DNA of 64,000 bases from NCBI GenBank assembly GCA_963677895.2, contig CAXXGJ010000025.1, forward strand, positions 256,001 to 320,000, read 5' to 3'. Position 1 is the first letter of the stretch, and every line of letters begins with the position of its first letter. Under the pieces are notes generated by a model. That model made no database searches. It was given only the letters and a program-made list of their open reading frames with translations, and was not told the origin of the DNA. Shown one piece after another: positions 29,306 to 39,113 of this stretch. Source of the DNA: Treponemataceae bacterium (GTDB taxonomy: Bacteria > Spirochaetota > Spirochaetia > Treponematales > Rectinemataceae). The position numbers and the translations under genes were made by a program.

Positions 29306-30922
29306 ATGGATGAAGTACGACTGGACGGCTGTTCCCTCACCCTCGAGCAACTTGTGGCAATCTCCCGCGACGGCGCGAAAGTGCGTCTCGACGAAGACGC
29401 GATAGTCCGGATGCAGGCATCGCGGGCGGTCGTGGAGCGCTGCGTCGAAGAGCAGCTCGTGCGCTACGGCATCACCACCGGATTCGGCAAATTCTGCAAT
29501 GTGGTCATTTCCAAAGAAGACAATACGATTCTCCAGAAAAACCTGATCATGAGCCATGCCTGCGGCCAGGGACAGCCCCTGCCCAAAGAGACGGTAAGGG
29601 CGATGATGACGCTCAGAGCCAATGCCTTGGCCGTCGGCAATTCCGGCATAAGGCCCAAGGTGGTGCGGCATCTCATCGACATGATCAATGCCGACATCGT
29701 TCCCGTGGTGCCGGAAAAAGGCTCGCTCGGCGCTTCGGGCGACCTCGCTCCTCTCGCGCACATGGCGCTCGTCATCATCGGGATGGGCGAAGCTTTTTAC
29801 AAAGGCGAACGCATGCCCGGCCTCAAGGCGCTGGCCCTCGGTGGCCTCCATCCCGTAAGCCTTGAAGCCAAGGAAGGTTTGGCGCTGATAAACGGCACCC
29901 AGGCCATGACGGCCGTGGGCGCGCTGGCCGTCTACGACGCGGTCAATCTGTACAAAACCGCTTCCATCGCGTCGGCGCTCAGTTTCCAGGCCCTCAGGGG
30001 CATCGTCGACGCCTTTGACCCGCGCATCCACGAGTTGAGGCGCCAGAACGGGCAGAAAACCTGCGCCGCGGACATGAGGCGCCTTGTCGAAGCATCGGCC
30101 CTGACCACGAGGCAGGGTGAGCAGCGCGTCCAGGACGCCTACGTCCTGCGCTGCATACCGCAGGTCCATGGCGCCAGCCTCGACGCCATCGGCTACGTGC
30201 GGAACATCGTCGAGAACGAACTCAACGCCGTCACGGACAACCCGCTTATTTTCCCCAACGTGGTCAAGGGTCCCGAAAAATCGGCCCCGGGGAAGGAAAA
30301 GGGTCCGGGCGCCGAGGTGGCCGGGACGGCCGAGGCGGGCGATCCCGGCGACATCATCTCCGGCGGCAACTTCCACGGCCAGCCCATCGCCCTCGCCATG
30401 GATTTCCTCGCCATCGCCTGCGCCGAACTGGCCAATATCGGCGAGCGGCGTATCGAACGTCTCGTCAATCCGGCGCTTTCCGAGGGCTTGCCTGCCTTTC
30501 TCACGACATCGGGCGGCATCAATTCCGGTTTCATGATAGTCCAGTACGCGGCAGCCGCCCTCGTATCGGAAAACAAGGTCCTCGCCCATCCAGCCAGCGT
30601 CGACTCCATTCCCTCCAGCGCCAACCAGGAAGACCACGTCTCGATGGGGACGATAGCCGCGCGCAAGGCGGACGCCATCGTGGAGAATGCCCAACGCGTG
30701 ATCGCCATGGAACTGGCGACGGCCTGCCAGGCCCTCGACCTGCGCGCCATCCAGATGGGCATCCCGACGATCGAGCCCCTGCTCTCCCCCAGAACGGCCG
30801 GCGCCTACGCCGTGATCCGCTCCGCGGTCTCGCGCCTCGACGGCGACAGAGTGATGTACCCCGACCTTGACGCGATCTATACCCTCGTCGCCGACGGCAT
30901 CATCGCCGAGTGCTTCGAATAG
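29306..30922 (+). CDS. hutH: Histidine ammonia-lyase
   Basis: YGITTGFG, LIMSHACG, GSLGASGDLAPL (MIO Ala-Ser-Gly), QDAYVLRCIPQ, SGGNFHG, NQEDHVSMG. Confidence 0.95.
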   Translation: MDEVRLDGCSLTLEQLVAISRDGAKVRLDEDAIVRMQASRAVVERCVEEQLVRYGITTGFGKFCNVVISKEDNTILQKNLIMSHACGQGQPLPKETVRAMMTLRANALAVGNSGIRPKVVRHLIDMINADIVPVVPEKGSLGASGDLAPLAHMALVIIGMGEAFYKGERMPGLKALALGGLHPVSLEAKEGLALINGTQAMTAVGALAVYDAVNLYKTASIASALSFQALRGIVDAFDPRIHELRRQNGQKTCAADMRRLVEASALTTRQGEQRVQDAYVLRCIPQVHGASLDAIGYVRNIVENELNAVTDNPLIFPNVVKGPEKSAPGKEKGPGAEVAGTAEAGDPGDIISGGNFHGQPIALAMDFLAIACAELANIGERRIERLVNPALSEGLPAFLTTSGGINSGFMIVQYAAAALVSENKVLAHPASVDSIPSSANQEDHVSMGTIAARKADAIVENAQRVIAMELATACQALDLRAIQMGIPTIEPLLSPRTAGAYAVIRSAVSRLDGDRVMYPDLDAIYTLVADGIIAECFE

Positions 30923-30942
30923 CGCTCCCTCTCCCTTCAATT

Positions 30943-30971
30943 TTGAAAAGCCTCACCAGTAGCACTAAATT
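30943..30971 (+). promoter_or_regulatory. sigma70-like promoter for PPi-PEPCK
   Basis: TTGAAA-N17-TAAATT. Confidence 0.5.
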
Positions 30972-31018
30972 TTGATATACGTTATTCTTTTTGCACTCTT
31001 GCCTTCGGGAGGATCAAA

Positions 31019-34000
31019 GTGGCAGTGAAAAGGGATTTTGGACTTCGCCTCAACAGGCTTTCGCCGCAGGAACGGGGAAAACTTATTTCCTATATAAATA
31101 TCAAGCTTTCCAGCCTCGGGCTTCCCGTCTATTCCAAGGAAGGCACGGGTTTCGTGGAACTGGCCTCTGACATGCTCGAGAGCTTCAGGCAGAAGGACAA
31201 GCTGCTGGCCGGCTATCTTTCCCCCGTGGACAGGAGAATTCAAGACTTCCTGGATTCCTATCTGGGAGACCTGGGATTGGCCAGGATTCCGACCCTGCCT
31301 TCCATGACGCTCGTCCTGGACCGCTACGGCATGTCGAGGGAGATTTCCCTCCCCCCCGGCGGGCATAAGCATGTATCGCCCACGCTGACCTCCTATCGGG
31401 TGCGCAACGGCGTGCTCCACAACCCGGCCAACGACAAACGCACCACTGAAGGCGTCTTCCATATCGCTGAAGGCGGTCTGCCGGTTCCTCCCGACAAAAA
31501 AGCCGTTCCCAAGATCGTCTTCGCCCGCCTCCTCGAAGCGGCCTTCAACCCGCCGGCCGAAATGCTCGAACTTCCCTTTACCGCGGATGAAAGCGAAAAG
31601 GCCAGGACGATGATTTCCCTGCTGATGCGCCCCGTGGTCCGGCCCGAAGTCCATGGCTACTGCGAAGAACGCTCGATGGAAGTGCGCTTTTTCGCTCCCG
31701 GCTCCCTGGCCGCCAGCCTCGATTTCGTCGAGAGTATTTTCGGCAATTCCGGCGACCCCCTGATCCCCGACAACGACGCCGCCCTCGATCCCCTGCGCTG
31801 GAGCGGAACCACGGGCTGCGTCATCCTCGCCACCCATCTCACTACCCTCCTGAAGAAGGACCTCGGACTTCCCCATTACGACAAGGCCACGGAACGCCAG
31901 AGGCGCGACGGCATGTGCTGGAACGAACCGACGGAACGATACAACGACGGCAAACCCTTCAAGATCTGCGCCCGCGACGCAAGGGGCGTGATAGTATCCA
32001 TCATCGCCGACAACTATTTCGGCTATTCCAAAAAGGAAATCAAGGCGCATATTTCCTACTCGGCCAACCTCCTGGGCCTTGCCGAAGAGGAACACGCCGG
32101 CGGAGCCCTGGTTTTCCCCTCCTATAACCACGGCACCCGCTTCGTACCCGACACCAACCTCAATTCCCGCGGTCACAACATCCAGACCGTATTCGAACTG
32201 ATGAGAGGGAGGATCGAGGAAAAACCCGAAGGCTATGCCGTCGACCTTACCTATCCCAATATCGTCTATGTTCCCGAAAACGCCTACATATCCCTTGAGG
32301 ACCAGAAGGCGCACTGGATCTGGGAAGGCAAGGAACAATCCCTGCGCATCCTTCCCGGCGAAGTGTATGTCCACCCGACAGGCTATCGGGTCCATATGGA
32401 ACGCCATCCCGGCTCGGGCGCCTGGAGGCTTATCGGCACGACGGCGGAAGGCCTGCTCTGCCATAAACCCTGCACGGTATCGGGAGGGGGAAAGTCGGAG
32501 ATCGCCAAATCGATAACCGATGCCATAACCTATTCGCCCATCACCATCGCGGATTTCCACGAAGACATGAAAGCGGTGAAAGCCATCATCGAAAAGGATT
32601 ACGGCAACAGGTTCAAGGACGAAAACGAAAACCACGGCAAGGATTCCCGGCAGATTTTCTCGTCGCAGCGTTCCCTCGGATCGGTGATCAAGCTGCTCTC
32701 CCCTTCGCCCCTCTACAAGGACGAATACAATGCCTGGCTGAAATCCCTTCCCGAGCGGATCAAAAGCCTCGTTTTCCTCGTCAAGCGCTTCTATACCCCC
32801 GATTGGGGCGACGACTGGATGTCGCATTTTTCCGTCGATGTCGTCAACGGCACCACCGGCAATATCCTGAAATTCGAGGACAGGCCGGTACTCGGCTCAT
32901 ACTTGCGCGTAGGCAGGGATCCCCATGGCCTGCGCAGGACCTTCAAGCTGCGCCAGGACTACATGCCCGCCGAAAAGAGACAGTGGGAGGACGATATCAC
33001 CGCCTCCGTCGTCGTGCCCACAAAGGCGCTGAAAAATCTTCCCGCCTGGGCGGAACGCTATTCCAGCCTCAAGTTCTGCAGGAACGCGGAAGCCCGTTTC
33101 TTCCAGAGACCGGACGATGCCGTCATCCGCGGTTACGACAAGCAGGCCGAGAAGGATATGTCGCGTCAGGACAACTTCATAAGCAATTTCGAGCCGCTGA
33201 CCAGGGCTCACGCCGCGCAGTTCATCGAAAAGACGGTGCAGTTCTCCGAATACACCGACGCGATGCGCTTCTTCATCGAAGCGGCGGAGGCGGATCCTCA
33301 TTTCGAATACTTCGTGGCTTCGGACTACCCAAGGCTCGTAAACGGCTCGCCTTCCAAGAATCCGCGCTATCTCCAGCTGGACCCGAACTATACGAATCCC
33401 CAGGCCCGCTATCTGGCCGATCTGGGACCGAGGCTCTACCGAAGAGTGGAAGCCGACAAGCCTCTCCTTCATCCGGTGGGCGCCGTGCTTCCCGGTCGCA
33501 GGAACAATCCCGCCGATCCCAAGGCCGGCATCAGGCCGCTCGCCGTCTACGGCCCCATCCATTACCAGGACTTGCCCGAACTTTTCATGGACTTCGTCTG
33601 CTCGCTCACGGGGAAAAGCCCCTCCACGACGGGAGCGGGAAGCGAGGGAGCGCTCACGAAGGGCCCCTTCAACCCCCTCGTGCCCACCACCGACCTCAAC
33701 AATGCCCTGCTGGCCTTCATCCTGACTGGTTACGCGGGCTTCACGACGGCAGCCGGCTACATCGGGCGACAGTACAAGGTGGATCACGATATTTCCCTCC
33801 TCATACCCGAGCTTTGGGCACGTCTTTCCCCCGAAGAGCGCGATCCCGATTTCCTCAAGGAACATGGCTATCTCGAAAGAGTGGAAGACTTCGGCTACGA
33901 AGGCAGGATGATACCCGCGTCGCGCCTGGGCTGGAGAATCACGCCGCTTTTCGCGGCCACCTACCTGGGAAGGCTCTTCGATACGCCGGCTTCGGTCTTC

Positions 34001-34474
34001 CCCGAGGAAATGCTGCGCCCCGAGCTGCAGTCCCTCCCCGAGTTCGTGGATGGCGTCGAGAATATTGCCGAGGCGATGGAAAAATCGGCCAAAGCCTATC
34101 TGGAAGACGGATCCATAGAAGCCGCCATTCCGCCGCTCAAGGCGGTGCTCTCGGTGATGGCGACAGGCTCCATCGACGGCAAAAGCATCCACGATCCCGA
34201 GGTGCGGCGTCTTTTCGACAGGGACTGCGTGCTTGCCTCGGACTGGTACAAAAACAGGCTCGTCAACTACCGGGGACAGGAAGTCGCCTATATCGAAAAG
34301 TCCATCGTCTATATACGCAACTACCTCGCGGAAAAGGCCGAACCGAAAAGCCTCTCGGCCCGACGCGCCCAGGTGGAACTGACGAGGGCCAAGGAGCGGC
34401 TGGAACAGCTTATGACGAAGGATTATCTGGAATTCGTGAGCGGATCCATCGGCAAGGATACGCTGTTCGTCTGA
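31019..34474 (+). CDS. PPi-dependent phosphoenolpyruvate carboxykinase (PEP carboxytransphosphorylase, EC 4.1.1.38)
   Basis: 1151 aa; NYFGYSKKE, EEEHAGGA, CHKPCTVSGGGKSEI, WEDDITAS, RFFQRPDDA, SLTGKSPSTTGAGSEGALTKGPFN as recalled for the Propionibacterium/Entamoeba family; GGAGGA RBS, GTG start. Confidence 0.85.
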   Translation: MAVKRDFGLRLNRLSPQERGKLISYINIKLSSLGLPVYSKEGTGFVELASDMLESFRQKDKLLAGYLSPVDRRIQDFLDSYLGDLGLARIPTLPSMTLVLDRYGMSREISLPPGGHKHVSPTLTSYRVRNGVLHNPANDKRTTEGVFHIAEGGLPVPPDKKAVPKIVFARLLEAAFNPPAEMLELPFTADESEKARTMISLLMRPVVRPEVHGYCEERSMEVRFFAPGSLAASLDFVESIFGNSGDPLIPDNDAALDPLRWSGTTGCVILATHLTTLLKKDLGLPHYDKATERQRRDGMCWNEPTERYNDGKPFKICARDARGVIVSIIADNYFGYSKKEIKAHISYSANLLGLAEEEHAGGALVFPSYNHGTRFVPDTNLNSRGHNIQTVFELMRGRIEEKPEGYAVDLTYPNIVYVPENAYISLEDQKAHWIWEGKEQSLRILPGEVYVHPTGYRVHMERHPGSGAWRLIGTTAEGLLCHKPCTVSGGGKSEIAKSITDAITYSPITIADFHEDMKAVKAIIEKDYGNRFKDENENHGKDSRQIFSSQRSLGSVIKLLSPSPLYKDEYNAWLKSLPERIKSLVFLVKRFYTPDWGDDWMSHFSVDVVNGTTGNILKFEDRPVLGSYLRVGRDPHGLRRTFKLRQDYMPAEKRQWEDDITASVVVPTKALKNLPAWAERYSSLKFCRNAEARFFQRPDDAVIRGYDKQAEKDMSRQDNFISNFEPLTRAHAAQFIEKTVQFSEYTDAMRFFIEAAEADPHFEYFVASDYPRLVNGSPSKNPRYLQLDPNYTNPQARYLADLGPRLYRRVEADKPLLHPVGAVLPGRRNNPADPKAGIRPLAVYGPIHYQDLPELFMDFVCSLTGKSPSTTGAGSEGALTKGPFNPLVPTTDLNNALLAFILTGYAGFTTAAGYIGRQYKVDHDISLLIPELWARLSPEERDPDFLKEHGYLERVEDFGYEGRMIPASRLGWRITPLFAATYLGRLFDTPASVFPEEMLRPELQSLPEFVDGVENIAEAMEKSAKAYLEDGSIEAAIPPLKAVLSVMATGSIDGKSIHDPEVRRLFDRDCVLASDWYKNRLVNYRGQEVAYIEKSIVYIRNYLAEKAEPKSLSARRAQVELTRAKERLEQLMTKDYLEFVSGSIGKDTLFV

Positions 34475-34512
34475 GGCCAAGGATCGCGCGCGGGGTCGGG
34501 AGGTTAGTGCGA

Positions 34513-35799
34513 ATGAATGGCAACTTAGTCGTCGCGAATATCGGCGAACTGACAACCCCGCTCGGCCGCCGGGCCAGGCGCGGCGCCGAAATGGGCATTC
34601 TCCATGTGGTGAAGAACGCCGTCATCGTCGCCGAAGATGGGAAAATCGTCTATGCCGGCCCGGGGAACAGCCTCGAATGCGAAACAGCTCTCGCCAGGGC
34701 GCGCTCCGGAAACGCTTCCTGGATGGACGCGGAAGGCCGCGCATGCGTCCCCGGCTTCGTCGACAGCCATACGCACTTCATCTTCGGCGGATTCCGCGCC
34801 GATGAGTTCTTCTGGCGCGCTGAAGGTTTGCCCTACATGGAGATACATCGCAGGGGAGGCGGAATCCGCCGGACCATGGACGCGACGCGCGGCTCCTCCC
34901 TCGAAGCCCTGCTCGCCCTCGGCAATGCGCGCCTCGATACGATGCTCGGCCTGGGCGTGACGACGGTCGAGGGCAAATCAGGCTACGGCCTCGACCGCGA
35001 CACCGAGATCCGCCAGCTGGAAGCCATGGCCGCCCTAAATCGGACCCAGCCCGTCGACATCGTCCCCACCTTCATGGGGCCGCATTCCATCCCTCCAGAA
35101 TTCGCGGGGCGGCCATCCGACTACATCGACTTCGTAATAGAAAAAGTGCTGCCCGAGGTGGGAAGCCGCGGGCTCGCCAAATTCGCCGACGTTTTCTGCG
35201 AGGAAGGCGTCTTCGGCGTCGAGGATTCGCGGCGCTACCTGCTGGCCGCGCGCGCCTCGGGCCTCGGCCTCAAGCTGCACGCCGACGAAATCGTGCGCAT
35301 CGGGGGCGCCGGCCTCGCCGCCGAACTCGGGGCCACGAGCGCCGACCACCTACTCAAGGCCTCCAGGGAAGATCTCGCCGCCATGGGCGCGGCCGGCGTC
35401 ATCGCCACCTGCCTCCCCCTCACCGCCTTCACCCTGCGAGAACCCTACGCGGACGCCCGCTCCATGATAGATTCAGGCCTCGCCGTCGCCCTCGCCTCCG
35501 ATCTCAATCCGGGCTCCTGCTACAGCCAGTCCATTCCGCTGATCTTCGCCCTCGCGACACTTTATATGAAACTCAGCTTTACGGAAACGCTCACCGCCCT
35601 CACCCTCAACGGCGCCGCGGCGCTCGACCTGGCGGAGACTCGCGGATCCATCGAGCCCGGCAAAGCGGCGGACTTTCTCCTCCTGGACGCTCCGACAGCC
35701 GAACACCTCGCCTATCACGTGGGCATGAACCTCGTCGCGCGGACGATCAAGGACGGGGAAATCGCGAGTCATCGAGCCTTCTTCCGCGAAAAGACATAG
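34513..35799 (+). CDS. hutI: Imidazolonepropionase
   Basis: PGFVDSHTH, GVTTVEGKSGYG, DVFCE, KLHADE, SADHL, ASDLNPG; GGGAGG RBS before ATG 34513. Confidence 0.95.
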   Translation: MNGNLVVANIGELTTPLGRRARRGAEMGILHVVKNAVIVAEDGKIVYAGPGNSLECETALARARSGNASWMDAEGRACVPGFVDSHTHFIFGGFRADEFFWRAEGLPYMEIHRRGGGIRRTMDATRGSSLEALLALGNARLDTMLGLGVTTVEGKSGYGLDRDTEIRQLEAMAALNRTQPVDIVPTFMGPHSIPPEFAGRPSDYIDFVIEKVLPEVGSRGLAKFADVFCEEGVFGVEDSRRYLLAARASGLGLKLHADEIVRIGGAGLAAELGATSADHLLKASREDLAAMGAAGVIATCLPLTAFTLREPYADARSMIDSGLAVALASDLNPGSCYSQSIPLIFALATLYMKLSFTETLTALTLNGAAALDLAETRGSIEPGKAADFLLLDAPTAEHLAYHVGMNLVARTIKDGEIASHRAFFREKT

Positions 35800-36659
35800 A
35801 GGCATACCGCGATCAGCACCCCCGCGAAAGCGACGATGAGGGCTGATGAGGGCCTTTCGCCAAAAACCACGACGCCGAGAAAAAGCTGGGAGGTCGGCGA
35901 AACATATTGTATGAATCCCATCCTCTGAAGGGTGATGGAATTCGCCGCCTTCGCGAAGAAAAGCAAGGGCACGGCGGTGATGACGCCGGCGACCGTCAGC
36001 AGCAGGGTTACGTAGATCCCCGAGTTCCAGTATGAGCCTGCCCCCGCCGAATGCCTGGCAATGAGAAAGATCAGGGCGAGAGGAAGGGCTATGAGCGTTT
36101 CCACGGTGAGACCGAGCAGAGGCTCGAATCCCAGACGTTTTTTCATCGCCCCATAGAGAGCGAAACTCAAGCCCAGCAGAATGCTTACCCAAGGCACCGA
36201 ACCGTAGGCGATGGCGGCTCCCACTATTCCGGCGGTCGCGACCAGCACGGCTGCCCTGGTCCAGCGATCCGTTTCCTCCCTGAATAAGAGCGCGCCCAGG
36301 ACAACGGACAGCAGAGGGTTTATATAGTAGCCAAGGGCTGATTCCATGACCCTGCCCGAATTGATGGCCCATATGTACAGGCCCCAGTTCGCGGTCACCA
36401 TGGCCGAGGCGCCTATGGCCATCAATAATTTTCTTTTATTCTTTAGGAGCCCCAGGATTTCGGGAAGACGGCCTTTGGCGGCTATGAGTATCAGGCAGAA
36501 TATCGCGGCCCAAAAAATCCTGTGCATCAGGATCTGCAGAGGTTCTACCGAAGACAATTGCTTCCAGAAAAGGGGAAAAAGCCCCCACATGCCATAAGCC
36601 GCGAAGGCGGCCAGAGTTCCTCCGCGCGATGCCCTGGCGTTTTTTTCATTCATTTGCAT
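35769..36659 (-). CDS. rarD: RarD family DMT permease
   Basis: AYGMWGLFPLFWK, NWGLYIWA, SALGYYINPL, GFIQYVSPT. Confidence 0.92.
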   Translation of the reverse strand: MQMNEKNARASRGGTLAAFAAYGMWGLFPLFWKQLSSVEPLQILMHRIFWAAIFCLILIAAKGRLPEILGLLKNKRKLLMAIGASAMVTANWGLYIWAINSGRVMESALGYYINPLLSVVLGALLFREETDRWTRAAVLVATAGIVGAAIAYGSVPWVSILLGLSFALYGAMKKRLGFEPLLGLTVETLIALPLALIFLIARHSAGAGSYWNSGIYVTLLLTVAGVITAVPLLFFAKAANSITLQRMGFIQYVSPTSQLFLGVVVFGERPSSALIVAFAGVLIAVCLYVFSRKKAR

Positions 36660-36892
36660 GGCTGCATAATAATGTCCAAATGACGATTCAGTCGAGTCTG
36701 GTACGCGATATACCAAGAATTTTACCAGATGAAACGAAGGATGTAAAAAATAAAGCGCGATTATATCATCCAACCAATATTCTGTCAAATTTTTTTGAAT
36801 AAAGATTGACTTCATCGCCGAGGTAGGTTTCTATCAATAAGTACAGACCGGCAAAGGAGCCGCATGGCGGCCCATAGTTTCAAGGAGGCAAC

Positions 36893-38014
36893 ATGAAACG
36901 TTTTGCTCTCGTACTTGCTCTCATCGCGCTGGCAGCGTCCGCCGCCATGGCACAGGACATCAAGATCGGAGGAGTGGGTCCCGTGACCGGCGACGCCGCG
37001 ACGTTCGGCGTATCCACGAAGAATGGCATAGTCATGGCCGTCGAGGAGTGGAATGCGAAAGGCGGCATTTTCGGCGGAAGAAAAGCCAAGCTTATCTTCG
37101 AAGACGACAAGGGCGACCCGGCCGAAGGCGCCACGGTCTACACCAAGCTCATCCAGCAGGACAACGTCGTCGCCATCATCGGCACGGTCATGTCAAAGGT
37201 TACCCTTGCCGGAGCGCCGATCGCGCAGGCTGCCGGCATCCCGATGATCAGCCCGACTTCCACGAACGAGAAAGTCACCCTCGTCGGCGACTATATCTTC
37301 CGCGCCTGCTTCATAGATCCTTTCCAGGGAACGGTAGGAGCGAGTTTCGCTTTCAAGGACCTCAAAGCCAAGAAAGCGGCGGCGATCTTCGATCTTGGCA
37401 ACGATTATACGAAAGGCCTTGCCGAAAACTTCAAGGCTACGTTCGAGAAACTGGCCGGGAAAAATTCGGTGGTCGCCTATGAGGGACACCCCTCCGGCGC
37501 AACGGATTTCAAAGCCCAGCTCACCAAGATCATCATGGCCAAGCCCGATGTCCTCTATGTTCCCGATTATTACAATGACGTCGGCCTCATCGCCAAGCAG
37601 GCCAGGGAACTCGGGTTCAAGGGCCCGATGGTCGGCGGCGATGGATGGGATTCGCCCGAACTCGTAAAGATCGGCGGAACCGCCGTGGAGAATGGATTCT
37701 TCACCAATCATTACTCCCCAGCGGACAAGCGCCCGATAGTCCAGGATTTCGTCAAGAAATACACCGCCAAATTCGGAGCCGAGCCCGACGCCCTGGCCGC
37801 TCTCGCGTATGACGCCGCGTACATCATGCTCGACGCCATAAAGCGCGCCGGATCCACCAAGGGATCGGCGATCCGCGACGCCCTGGTAAAAACTTCGCTC
37901 GACACGGTTTCCGGCAAGGTTACCTTCGACGCGAACAGGAACCCGATCAAATCCGCGGTCATCATTGAGATGAAAGGCGGGAAACAGGTTTACAAGACCA
38001 CCGTCAATCCTTGA
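36893..38014 (+). CDS. Branched-chain amino acid ABC substrate-binding protein (LivJ/K family)
   Basis: Signal peptide, NAKGG, EDDKGDP, ISPTST, FRACFIDPFQG, GGDGWD; AAGGAGG RBS. Confidence 0.92.
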   Translation: MKRFALVLALIALAASAAMAQDIKIGGVGPVTGDAATFGVSTKNGIVMAVEEWNAKGGIFGGRKAKLIFEDDKGDPAEGATVYTKLIQQDNVVAIIGTVMSKVTLAGAPIAQAAGIPMISPTSTNEKVTLVGDYIFRACFIDPFQGTVGASFAFKDLKAKKAAAIFDLGNDYTKGLAENFKATFEKLAGKNSVVAYEGHPSGATDFKAQLTKIIMAKPDVLYVPDYYNDVGLIAKQARELGFKGPMVGGDGWDSPELVKIGGTAVENGFFTNHYSPADKRPIVQDFVKKYTAKFGAEPDALAALAYDAAYIMLDAIKRAGSTKGSAIRDALVKTSLDTVSGKVTFDANRNPIKSAVIIEMKGGKQVYKTTVNP

Positions 38015-38021
38015 CGGAATT

Positions 38022-38099
38022 AAGTGCCGGCCGGGAGCTATTCCCGCGCCGGCGGCTTTTTTCTCTAGGCCGCCTGTCCCGCTCTGGACAGAGCGGCCT
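38022..38099 (+). terminator. Terminator-like hairpin plus second hairpin between SBP and livH
   Basis: GCCGGCCGGGA/TCCCGCGCCGGC then T6; second stem AGGCCGCCTGTCC/GGACAGAGCGGCCT. Confidence 0.6.
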
Positions 38100-38192
38100 C
38101 ATCCATATTTAATGGGTAGGGTCTTATAGGGCAAATTTAGAAAAAACGCCGGGGGATCCAGAAAATCCATCGCGCGGAAAGGGACAACCAGA

Positions 38193-39104
38193 ATGGGATC
38201 GATCTTCAACGCCCAACAAATCGTGAATGGCCTTCAAGTCGGCTCAATTTATGCGCTAATCGCCTTGGGCTATACGATGGTCTATGGCATCGTGAGGCTC
38301 ATCAACTTCGCGCACGGCGATTTCTACATGATCGGAGCATACGCTTCATACGGCGCCTTTTACCTGTTCAACGTGTTTTTCGCCGGCAAGACAGGCATAC
38401 TCGCCTTTGTCGTGCTCATCGCCTCCATGCTCGCCGGAGGCCTCATAGCGATGCTCGCCAACCGTCTCGCGTACAGGCCGCTGCGCTACAAGCCCAAGCT
38501 CTCCTCCCTCATCACCGCCATCGGCGTCTCCATGTTCCTCGAGTATTTCTTTTCCGCCCTCCCCATGATCGGTCCTTCCTACCGATCATTTCCCGACATA
38601 CTGCCGAGGGTGGAGATCGATCTGGGCATCGCGACGATATCCAATTACGTCATCATCGATATCGCCGTCGCCGCCGTCCTCATGGTGGGGCTCACCATCC
38701 TCGTCCGCTATTCCGTCCTCGGAAAGGCGATGCGCGCCGTCTCCCAGGACAAGGACGCGGCCCGGCTGATGGGCATCGATATCGAAAAAGTCATCGGCTT
38801 TACCTTCATGATAGGCGGAGCCTTCGCCGGCGTCGCGGGGCTGCTGGCCGGGATGACCTATCCCAGGATTTTCCCCTACATGGGCATCCAGCCGGGCCTC
38901 AAGGCCTTCATAGCCGCCGTTCTTGGCGGCATAGGCAGCATACCGGGCGCCGTGCTCGGGGCATATATCATGGGCCTTGCCGAAACCTTCGCCTCGGCCT
39001 ACAACTCCCTCATCGGCGAGGGAATCGCTTTCGCGATTCTCATCCTTGTCCTTCTCATCAGGCCCAGAGGCCTTCTCGGCGAAAAAACCGCCGACAAGAT
39101 TTAG
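38193..39104 (+). CDS. livH: BCAA ABC permease LivH
   Basis: GSIYALIALGYTMVYG, INFAHG, AAVLGGIG. Confidence 0.92.
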   Translation: MGSIFNAQQIVNGLQVGSIYALIALGYTMVYGIVRLINFAHGDFYMIGAYASYGAFYLFNVFFAGKTGILAFVVLIASMLAGGLIAMLANRLAYRPLRYKPKLSSLITAIGVSMFLEYFFSALPMIGPSYRSFPDILPRVEIDLGIATISNYVIIDIAVAAVLMVGLTILVRYSVLGKAMRAVSQDKDAARLMGIDIEKVIGFTFMIGGAFAGVAGLLAGMTYPRIFPYMGIQPGLKAFIAAVLGGIGSIPGAVLGAYIMGLAETFASAYNSLIGEGIAFAILILVLLIRPRGLLGEKTADKI

Positions 39105-39113
39105 GAGCGCGCA

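Noticed and set aside
32803..34512. 570-codon upstream extension of the hutI frame, suggesting a PEPCK-HutI frameshift fusion
   Set aside because: Arg/Gly-rich off-frame translation; hutI has its own SD and ATG at 34513, and PEPCK ends normally
36776..36790. CodY-like box AATATTCTGTCAAAT upstream of the liv operon
   Set aside because: Four mismatches to consensus in AT-rich DNA, and no evidence for CodY in this lineage
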